Shown here one piece after another: positions 11,246-20,000 of a stretch of 20,000 bases of DNA. A program made the translations under genes and the position numbers. The stretch spans positions 47,003-67,002 of the forward strand of contig JBFLGF010000216.1 in the NCBI GenBank assembly GCA_050230475.1, given 5' to 3'. Source of the stretch: Ancylonema sp. Taxonomy: Eukaryota. The stretch's first letter is position 1, and the number at the start of each line of letters is the position of its first letter. Under the pieces are notes generated by a model. That model saw nothing but the letters and a program-made list of their open reading frames with translations. It was not told where the DNA came from and did not search any database.

Positions 11246-11690
11246 TATAAGCTTTTGAGTGATTAGACTTGCCGGAATATTTAGGTGGGCGACAAAACGA
11301 ACCGTACGCAAAAGGATCTCTTTCACTGATGATCAACGAGACAAGAGTTGCGTGTGTGGAACGAATTATTATTGTGATTGCATCGGGGATGGTAATACCC
11401 GATGCGCTTTACAGATTGTTGCTTGCCGACGGTCGGCACAATTGACCGTCGGCCTATCATTGACTGACAGCTCTTCTACATGTCAACGGCACATGCCGGA
11501 CATTTCTGACACGCTAAACTACCAGTCACGACGCTTCGACCAAATCACGTCTCTAAGCGTCGGAAACATGTCAGGTGCCCGGGCACAAACTTGCCCCCCC
11601 GCATACAGGCACATAGAATATTGCTCCCGTTAGAGTAACCGTCACAACTGGACTACACGCATACATATGGCTATCCAAAATATTCTATCA
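11246..11690 (-). repeat. 5' LTR of copia element (445 bp, TG...TA)
   Basis: Aligns end to end with 5064-5518. On the minus strand it begins TGATAGAATA, ends AAGCTTATA and is followed directly by the PBS. Confidence 0.95.
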
Positions 11691-12028
11691 CCTTCTGCAT
11701 GTCATATTAAAGTTGGGTTACAGATTGAGTCTCTGCTCAGAATTAGGTGTTATGCTAGTTATATCACACTCTCTCGTGCTTGAATGTGTGGAACACTACT
11801 TGACGCCGAGGGCAAGTCGACAATTACTATCGAAAATGGAAAGTGTGGCAAGAATGATAGATAGTAGACAAAGTTTTCTAGTGCAAAATACTAAGGTCGA
11901 CAGCCGGAAGGTAAACTTTCGAGTATAAAGTTCGGCTATCAAACGGTGCGTTGACATATGGTAATTGATGGATGTGATGTGCTGGTTCATTTAGAACGTC
12001 AGCAATTGGTTGCGCGTCGTTATCTTAT

Positions 12029-12195
12029 TGGCTCGGTACGAGCGTCAATAAATCGATGCAAATCGACAAAGTAGTTTTGGCCCAGTTACAGCGTCAACAA
12101 AGTGATACACAAATATCGATGGCTCAGTAAGAGCGTCAGCACAAAAATGTGATGGTAAATAGACAAGTTTATAGGCTGGCTCAATGAGAGCGTCA
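12029..12195. repeat. Array of four 19-bp motifs, consensus TGGCTCAGTAAGAGCGTCA
   Basis: Copies at 12029, 12078, 12120 and 12177 with 30-, 23- and 38-bp gaps. Confidence 0.8.
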
Positions 12196-12897
12196 GCGAA
12201 ACAACACAAGTAATTATGACAAGTTGCAAAGGACACTTCGGTCAACTTACAGGTTTCGTCGACGTCAGTCGAGCGAGTTATCGTAGACAACACAATAGAT
12301 GATGGCAAGAGCTGGCGTCAGCCAGGAGTTGCGGAATTCAGATGATACACTTGAAAGGGTTTTTGGAAAGATTCTTGAAAGTTTCTTGACGGCGCAATCT
12401 TATAGCGGAAGCTGGCACATCTGTTACAATGGAACATCTTTATGCTGCGCAATGCTTATTGGCATACTTACTAGAGTTAATCGACATGGTTAATCGACAC
12501 GCTGTACTCTAGAATGTCTTATTCAATCTTTGCGCCACAAATATAGACGTCAATTATTATACGGCTGGATTTTACCGCCGTGGTAATATCGACAAGTCAA
12601 AAATATCATCGTCGATAACAAAGTTGCGCTAAGCGCTGAAAAATCGACACGGAGTCTAAATTGTACGATTGTTTGATAATACACTCGAATATTACACTCG
12701 CCACGCGTTATTTTCGAGTTTAAAAAAGTTGTTTGATTTTGCGAAGTACTGATTATAACGTCACACAAAATCTCGATTTATTTCTTTTCTCGGTATATCG
12801 AATCTGGTTGCTTATAACAAAGCTTTCTACTAGAGAGGTCTGGATATCATTAGAGAGGGGTTTCCACTTAACGATCTCTAGCATCATGACACGGAGC

Positions 12898-13363
12898 TAG
12901 GATTGGCGACACCGCCCTACCGCCCCACTCCCTACCGTTTCACCGCAGTAGCTACCGCGGTAGCTACCAATGCTCAAATATACAGTAGGGGGTAGAGAAA
13001 TTAGCCCAACCGCGGTTGGCCTGGTAGGGGGTAGGGCTGTAGGAAATAATCGGTAGGGAACGGTAGGGAACGGTAGGGATCGGTACGGAACGGTAGGGAA
13101 GAATAGGGAATCGAATATTTCCGGTACTTTTTTTTTTTTTGGTCGCAAATTACGTCTTTGTCTTTACGTTGGTAAAAAAAAATCCTTACCGTTTCCTACC
13201 ACCCCCTACCGTGTCCCTACCGATTTCCCTATCGCCTACCGCCGTCCTACCCCCGACCGATGCCCAGCCGGACTGAATCCAAAATCGGTAGGAAGCGGTA
13301 GGGGGAGAATACCGAGGTAGAAACCCCCTACCGCGGGCCGAAAATGCGGTGTCACCAACCCTA
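12898..13363. mobile_element. hAT-type MITE (466 bp)
   Basis: 18-bp TIRs TAGGATTGGCGACACCGC / GCGGTGTCACCAACCCTA (16/18). Perfect 8-bp TSD CACGGAGC (12890-12897, 13364-13371). Interior packed with CCTACCG/CGGTAGG motifs, including a tandem CGGTAGGGAA run at 13051-13110. Confidence 0.93.
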
Positions 13364-13966
13364 CACGGAGCACGTCGCGTGTACGGGATAGGGGTCACTC
13401 TTGTGCCCATATTTACTCTGAAATAACCAATCTAGCTCGCAGATCCCCAAGGCCGACGGCCGTTAGACCAGCCAACTTGTACGGAAATAATTTTGAAACG
13501 TCGGGTTCGGCGTCAAGTGTCAGACGTCGCCGACGGCCAGGATTCAGAATCGCACGGCTCATAATTCTTTGGGTTGCGTCGCGCAATCATCTAGATTCAG
13601 TCGAATACGACCTTGCCTTTTCCCTAACACTTCTTCCCTTGTCCCTAATAATTCCCTTTGTAAAGCGCCATGACAACTTCTAGGCAATGTTGTCCGCCTG
13701 GACTATTGAGTAGTCAATAGTTAAGTCTTTAGCGTTTGCAAATCGCGCGCGGTGCGCGCCCTTCAGCGTTAAAATTATAATACCCGGGGGGGGCTTCTAC
13801 ACCCCAGGGGGTGTGGGATGTTTCCAAAATCATGAAATCTAATTCGTGAACCGGTTACAACGTTGCGGTATACAATTTCGTGCCTAAGACGTTATATCGA
13901 ACGAAATTTAGTGCAAAATAGTTAGTACTCACTACTTAGTCAGATTTCGACGTCCGAATTCGATTA

Positions 13967-14139
13967 CATTAAAACTTGTCTAAAGGACTGCTTTCGGGAC
14001 CGGGAAATAATAATCATTTAGACACGTTATTCACTTAGACAAGGACGGTTCCTAACAAATCCGGTTTTGGTACCGGTGTTTTTTATTCCTTTAGAGAGGT
14101 TATTCCTTTAGACAGTATTCCTTTAGACAAGTTATGCTG
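13967..14139. mobile_element. Tc1/mariner (pogo/Tigger-like) MITE, 173 bp
   Basis: TIRs CATTAAAACTTGTCTAAAGGA / TCCTTTAGACAAGTTATGCTG. TA on the left, TG on the right. Internal TATTCCTTTAGA repeats. Confidence 0.75.
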
Positions 14140-14157
14140 TGCTAAAATTATCCTGGT

Positions 14158-14186
14158 GCGGCACGCGTGCCGCGCGCGTGTGCTAG
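14158..14186 (+). mobile_element. Possible Helitron 3' terminus
   Basis: Perfect 16-bp palindrome GCGGCACGCGTGCCGC (14158-14173), then CTAG 9 nt later (14183-14186). The next base is C rather than the canonical T. Confidence 0.35.
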
Positions 14187-14979
14187 CCTTGCGCACGGCG
14201 TGCGCCCATCTATGGAGTAGTCCGTCAGACTAACGAATCATAGGCGCTGAGATGATGAGGCCCAGATCTCGTCGTTATGAAACATCATTTTTTTCTTACC
14301 AAGTGGAGTAAGTACCACATCTTGACAACAAAGGACCAAAAGATTCTCACGCACTTTTTTTCCAAAAAAAAAAAAAAAAAACAGCCAATCATAGAACGAC
14401 ACGTCAACTCTGATGCGTCAACAATTTGAAAAAGATCATAGAACTGAACAATCCTGGAAAAGCCGGCCAATCGTATCAACCAAAACAACTGATCCGACTC
14501 GACCGTACAAAAAAAAAACGTATGGAAACTTCCGAAGCTCGCTGTACACATAACGACTTAATAACTTCGTTCTTTCTAAAAGAAAAAACTAAGTAATTTG
14601 GCGAGCCAAAGCTCCGATGACAGCTAGTCAGCAACTCGGACAACTCGGGCGGTTAACCTGGACTACTCGTGGAGTTGTCCTTCAAAAAGTAGTCCGGTCA
14701 TAGATGCTCTAACACACGCACCCGCCATTCTTGGCGGGTCGGCGAATGAATCGCAGTCGGGGCGAATGGAGGGCGAATGGAGGGCGGGTGAGGGATGTTG
14801 ACGGGTCGAAGGCAGGTGGCGGGAGGGTTTTCAACCCACCCGGCGGTGGGTGAGTGGCCCCCAACACGATCCACATGGAAGTCCATGGTCGCTGAGGAGC
14901 AGACTTGCAGCGAGCGAGAGGATTTTATCAGAGATGGTCTATACGTCTGGGGTTGGCAGACAACTGGGAAGTTCTCGCC

Positions 14980-16123
14980 ATGCAGTTGAACGGGGATAGC
15001 TCAGTCGATCTAGCAGATTTTTTTCGTCCCTTTCTTCCGGAAGGTGAATTCTACGTAGATGCATTTTGCTACTCCTTCCGTAACTATACTTTGGCGACTC
15101 TTGCGTTTATTCCGATTTCCTTTTTAGAAATTTTTGCGAAGGACATGGTCAATGCCTTCATTCTCTCGACAGAAGCAAAGTGCTACCCCAGGATGACGAT
15201 TCGACGCGCTATGGAAGCTGCAAAAGGCGAAGGTGGGTGTGATTGTCACGTTTAAAGTTGGGATTGCGCATGATATTGTGTGTCTGTGCCGCCAATGGAG
15301 AATAAAAGGGAGATATCGGAGGTGGCTTTTCATGACTGACTACTACATCGTTCTTGTCCGCGCAGCTTGTAACATCCTAAGACCGTGGCGGCCGAGAAGT
15401 AGGGACGCCGGACGAGATGTACCTAGTCAATCATGAGCGATATAAAAATCTTGTGAAAGCAGGGGTGTTGCTTAATTTCCGAAGGAGATTTGCTGAGGTC
15501 CTCGCATGTTCTCGTGGCTGCTGCCACGTACTTTGGCTTGTTGTCTGTTGTATATTGGTCACTTAATCCACTTTGGGATGCGCCCTGCGCTCGATTATGG
15601 CTCTCTTCACCAGCTGCCTTGGCCGCTGTACTCCTCTCACTGTCAACTGTGCCATGCCCGTTCCCTCTAGGAACAGAGTGACCGGTTACCCGGTTGAAGA
15701 CCGGTTACCCGGCTGATACGTACCGGTCACATAACGTATTCTACATTGGGACCGGTGTGGACCCGTGTTGTTAGTCTTGGGTCTGCTTCGCAGTAGGGAT
15801 GTCACGGAGATAGGCCTGCTAGGGTTTTGGCTGCTCGTAACCATTCCATGACTTTTCTTTGTTGCCCAGGTGTTGAGGAGTATCTCCGACCCTTTGTTCC
15901 TAGCACATGGGTAGGGGACGTCGCTTACATCTTCAAGGGCTATACTATGTGGGAAGTACGGGCCAGATCCCGCTGGAATGTGCTGGCCATAGACCTGACG
16001 AGAGAGGTGCAGCATCGTTTGCCTCCAGGCATGGAGCCTCACTACCTTAAGTGGTACTTGATAGCTGCCCACTATGCGCCTAGAGGTACGTGGCATAGAA
16101 ATGGCCTTTGTGCTCATCTGTAG
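14980..16123 (+). CDS. Candidate two-exon gene (14980-15232 + 15870-16123), 168-aa hypothetical protein with an internal duplication
   Basis: ATG 14980; donor GAAG/GTGGGT; acceptor TTTTCTTTGTTGCCCAG/G. Phases are compatible, there is no internal stop, and the two exon peptides resemble each other. Confidence 0.4.
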
Positions 16124-16564
16124 GCGATGTGCCAAAAGAAAACGAGAGACCAGTACTGCGGGCCTAATCTTGTGGATTCGGTGGCTTTCTTAGCGAAATA
16201 ATGAAATGAATATGTAATCATTCCCGATACCTCTATTGTTTAGTAGTAAAAAATACTAAACAGAATTTTATACCTTTTACACCTTTAAACCCCAATGTTG
16301 CTACAAAAGCTGTGTCACTATGTATGACCTATTTGAGACGCCTACTCACTTTTGATGAAAACAGAGCATTACAAGTGAAGGGAAGTGAAGTATCTGACTC
16401 ATAGTCAGACATGAGGTTTGAGGTATGAGTTCGAGGTTTGAAGTTTCATACCAATGTTTTCCAGACACTTAGATTCTGAATTGATCATTTAAATTTAAAT
16501 TTGAGGTGTGAATAAATTTTGAATATGTGTTGCTCATATAAAATACGTAGGTTGTTTTTCTATT

Positions 16565-17386
16565 CCTAGTTTTTGGGTTCCACACTGATTCTGGGCAATG
16601 GGTCTTTGTTATTCACAAAATCGTGGAGCGTAGACACTGCTCCAGAGACAGGTGAGCTATTCACAGCAATGCTCCTCATCTTTGTGCATTCTCGTTCCTG
16701 ATTGTTTCTTGAAGTTCTTCCTGAAATGTTAAACTATGGCCTACATGGAAATGAAAGCTCTGAAATTGCCTTGTCCGTAGATGTATGTCGTGGTGTGGCA
16801 GCCAGAAATGCCTGTGCAAACAATGCTTTCAAGAGTATGAGCATTGAGGGATGGAGCCCGTGCCTTGCTGTAGTGAATCTAGTTTTATTATGTGCTATTA
16901 TTGCACCTCAATTTGACCATGTGACCGTCTCTCTGTCTGTTTCTTGCAGAGGACGAGAAGCGACTAGATGAAGAAGCTCAAGACGTAGCCATGACTTGGA
17001 ATTACGTGCTGGAAAAAAAAAAAAAAGCTGAGCTTGCCATAGTGCGTATACTTCAGTCCTCATCATGTCCAACGTGATATTTTCCGAAATGGACCCGGCT
17101 TAGCCTTCCTAGTTGCAAAACACAAACGTGCTTGTGTTTCACATGACTGACATGGTGAGAGTCTGTGTCATATGGTGCAGGTGCGAGAGCAATACGGTCC
17201 TTCTCCTTGGAGTGTACTCCTGGGAGTCTAGTGTTAGTTACCCTCATGGAAGCGTTGTTGTCGCAGATTGGCAATCTAAGAGAAAAGATGACATTATGGC
17301 AGCACTCGTGTGTACACTACATTGGCTTAGGGCTTTGCTTGTACATATGTGTAGGTGTTCAAGCCAACAAAACAAAGTCATATTGA
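16565..17386 (+). pseudogene. Decayed unknown gene, copy B
   Basis: Inverted paralog of 3045-3861. Donor at 16652, acceptor TTGCAG ending 16949. Peptides EDEKRLDEEA...VLEKKKKAELAIVRILQ and MEALLSQIGNLREKMTLW. Confidence 0.55.
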
Positions 17387-17705
17387 AAGCACCGTACTGG
17401 CCATACATACTGACCGGGTAAAATCACAAGCAATTGACCTTTGTGGTGACCCACCAACTTGACCCAGGCAAAAATATTAATATTCCTGTGACCCAAAAAT
17501 ATGATCCGTGTAAAAAATATTTATTATATCGTTTCCGGCAAGGAAAATGACCCACCCCAAGACATCGCGTAATGTTTACCACACCACCTCCGTATTGACG
17601 ATGGTGCTATAAACTTTGGGGGGGTAATTTTCGGCCGACATTTGATTTCTGATTTTTCCGGTTTTTTATTTTCACTACACCGTCCAATTTAAACGTAAAA
17701 ACCCG

Positions 17706-19482
17706 CAGGGTTGCATCATAACAGGGCCCGTATTCTGTACGACACGTTTTCCGGACGAGGCCGAGAGCAATCTCATGCCCTTGCACACGCAAACGTCGTA
17801 CGGATCTGCCCGCAAACGTCCGGAATACGACCGTGAAATGCGGAGAACGGGTACGGACTGTACGGTTTGCGCTTGCAAATGTTTACATCCGAAGAGTCCG
17901 TACCCGTTTGCCGCATTTCACTTCCGTATTCCGGATGTTTGCCATAATATTTTACTAATGACTCCGAATTTTCTTTAAAAACACGTAGATTCGGTCGTGA
18001 CTCCGTACAGACTGTGCTGACAACGTGGGATTCAGACGGCATCGGGGGATGGGACGGGGTCGTGAACAACGCTCACCCGTAAGATGCGGGATATTTCAGA
18101 AAATCATAGTTGCGCGACCCGGCTTTTTTTTTTTGGGAACCGGTTCCGAGATCGAACCGTTACGGAACCGGACGAACCGGGTAATTTTTAGAGTTTTACT
18201 CCTTCCCGCGGTAGAACATTTTGTCCCTCCCAAAAAACGTATGCGGGGGAAATAAATCGTTGTTAACGTTCATGGTGGTGACTCCACGTCACTTTCAGAC
18301 GCTAAAATTGTAAAATATTTCATCGGAAAAATATGGCGCGGCCATTGTTAGTTTCAATTTGCTTTATTTCGCGCCATGGCGGGACGTGGTGCATTTTCAT
18401 TGGCAGAAAACAGCACGCGACCTCCCATTATGAAAATCTAGAGAAACAAGGGACGTGAAAGGTAGGAGAATTGAGTAGGAAGAGAGTGGTTATAAATGGA
18501 GTGCCGCAGTTTTGAGCAAACGATCGAAAAGAAAAAAGATCTGGAACTTTAAATCAAATGTCGAGTAGCAAGACAAAACGGGTGACAACGTCATGTCGCA
18601 ACATTTTCACATGGAATAAAAACACGGAATGGGAATAAGGAAAGATACATGGAATGGAGTTTATTGGACAATTGAAATAAGAGTGAAACTGAAACTGGAA
18701 CTTGTTATATAAGTACTTTTACATAAATAGCAAGAAAGTGTGCAGAGAAGTGAGCAAAACAGAGATATGCACCAAAAGCAGGTGGATACACTCATGAGAA
18801 AAATCGTTTCGAGTTTTTTTACAATGTGTATCAACTATTTGATATTTTTGTTGGATAGACCATGAACTGGTACACAAAAAAAAACTATTTGTCGATTTTT
18901 TCCGAGCCATATAGCCCCTCAAAATGCCGTTTAGGTGGAAAAACCCTAATCCCACGGTTCCGAACCGCGGCCACTTTTGTCGGAACCGGTTCCATCTTAG
19001 ATCCGGTTCGGAAACGGTTCGGAGTTTGTGCAACTATGCAGAAAATTGAAAGATTCTGTCTCACACACGACAAACATAATCTATGATGGAACGGGACACG
19101 GGCTACGGGCCAAGATACGATGATGGAACGGGAGACACGACATAATAGGGACGTGCTAAGGGACAAAACGACGGGGAGAGGGAAAACACGGGGTAAATGT
19201 AATGATGACATAGACGGGGATACAACAAACTGACGGGGACAATCTCGGGGTACGACAACATATAGAGTCCGCCGGATATAATGGGTCTACGGCTTAGTCG
19301 GGAACGGGCCTATCTAGGAACAAAATTGCGGACGTTTGGCAAGCGTTTGCGAAATGCAAACGTTTGCCGAACGTTTGCTAAATGCAAACGTTTGCAACAC
19401 TTTCGTCGTACGGACGTATTCCGTACGTATGCGTTTGCAATACGGCGTTTACGTACATTTTTGCAGTCCCGGTGCAACCTTA
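17706..19482 (-). mobile_element. MITE family A, copy 2, inverted and interrupted by a nested element
   Basis: TIRs CAGGGTTGCA (17706) / TGCAACCTTA (19482). Colinear with 4131-4943 once 18105-19046 is removed. TSD not recognisable (4/8). Confidence 0.82.
18105..19038. mobile_element. Non-autonomous hAT element (934 bp) nested in MITE A copy 2
   Basis: TIRs CATAGTTGCGC / GTGCAACTATG. Perfect 8-bp TSD CAGAAAAT (18097-18104, 19039-19046). GAACCG/CGGTTC repeats at both ends. No transposase ORF. Confidence 0.92.
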
Positions 19483-19487
19483 AGAAT

Positions 19488-19807
19488 CGATCACTTTCTT
19501 GTATCTCAAATGTACTCGCCGTTCATCCGTTCACTTTACACTGAGCGAGGTGCTCGTCCGTACCATGTATGTTCAACTTATCCATTCCCGATTTTTCTAT
19601 AAGCTCCCTTACAACCACATCTATAAAGTAGATTGATCTTACTAATTTCCTCCTTCAAGTAGTGTGTGGATTAAGTGTGTCTCACTTGTTTGGTCGTTGC
19701 AACTAACGACTATCCTACATTAAATTTTAAAAAAAAAAAAAAAAAAAAAAAAACGTTTACTTTCTTTTATGTCATATTTATTCGCCGTTCATTTGTTCAC
19801 TTCACAC
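19488..19807 (+). repeat. Diverged direct repeat with a 266-bp period, separated by an A25 tract
   Basis: 19488-19541 and 19754-19807 match at 44/54 positions without gaps. Poly-A at 19729-19753. Confidence 0.75.
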
Positions 19808-19905
19808 CATAGTTGGCCCCGCCCCGGGCGGGATGCGCCCGGGGCCCCGCCCCGGGGCGCCGCCCGGGGCGGAAAGCGGGGCGAGATTCGCGGGGCGGGG
19901 CCAAC
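19808..19905. mobile_element. Short GC-rich hAT-like MITE with its right TIR interrupted by the copia LTR
   Basis: CATAGTTGGCCCCGCCCCG on the left and CGGGGCGGGGCCAAC on the right (15-bp perfect inverted match). Same CATAGTTG terminus as 18105. Confidence 0.75.
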
Positions 19906-20000
19906 TGTTGGAATATTTTGGATAGCCATATGTTATGCTTGCTAGTCCAGTTGTAACCGGTTACTCTAACCGGGAGCAATATTCCTAGATGTGCTTATAT
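19906..20000 (+). repeat. Third LTR of the same copia family, 5' portion, cut by the window edge
   Basis: TGTTGGAATATTTTGGATAGCCATATG... is the reverse complement of the ends at 5518 and 11690. No PPT upstream, so it is a 5' or solo LTR. Confidence 0.93.

Larger units (their letters stand above)
5064..11690 (-). mobile_element. Full-length Ty1/copia LTR retrotransposon, degenerate
   Basis: Two ~450-bp direct repeats (5064-5518, 11246-11690) flanked by an identical 5-bp TSD CCTTC (5059-5063, 11691-11695). PBS at 11232-11245, PPT at ~5522-5530. Internal gag-PR-IN-RT-RH motifs in copia order. Confidence 0.97.

Noticed and set aside
12029..12195. CRISPR array or tRNA genes
   Set aside because: Repeats are short and degenerate, spacers are uneven and spacers 1 and 3 resemble each other. 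No cas genes, eukaryotic context, no B-box or cloverleaf.
14215..14669. MITE bounded by GAGTAGTCC / GGACTACTC
   Set aside because: Only a 9-bp inverted match with weak internal symmetry and no TSD.
14699..14887. hAT-like MITE with GGCGGG and GGCGAATGG repeats
   Set aside because: Termini match poorly and there is no 8-bp TSD. Probably a TE fragment, but boundaries cannot be supported.
17410..17556. TGACCC motif cluster as a defined element
   Set aside because: About five short motifs suggest TE subterminal repeats, but no terminus or TSD can be assigned.
3045..19482. One giant inverted repeat or foldback element
   Set aside because: The order of gene and MITE segments is not mirror-symmetric and the intervening flanks are unrelated.
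17672..19664. CACTA element (CACTAC at 17672, GTAGTG ending 19664)
   Set aside because: Only 6 bp of inverted match and no 3-bp TSD (TTT vs TGT).

Overview
Eukaryotic, transposon-dense DNA, probably from a streptophyte plant or alga (inference: the retroelement PBS matches the plant-type initiator tRNA-Met anticodon arm). There is no recognisable conserved host gene, and no prokaryotic, CRISPR or RNA-gene content. The main feature is a full-length but frameshifted Ty1/copia LTR retrotransposon on the minus strand (5064-11690). It has a 5-bp TSD (CCTTC), TG...TA LTRs, a half-tRNAiMet-type PBS, three Gag zinc knuckles, PR-IN-RT-RH order and extra PPT-like motifs. A third LTR of the same family starts at 19906. 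Around it are several non-autonomous DNA transposons: hAT-type MITEs with 8-bp TSDs (one family in two inverted copies, one of them carrying a nested hAT element), a pogo/Tigger-like MITE and a possible Helitron 3' end. Left unexplained are a decayed, apparently spliced gene present as two diverged inverted copies (3045-3861 minus, 16565-17386 plus), a candidate two-exon 168-aa gene made of two homologous halves (14980-16123), a run of six adjacent hairpins (439-598) and a 4x19-bp motif array (12029-12195). I see no firm evidence of a new biological system; these four items are the best leads.
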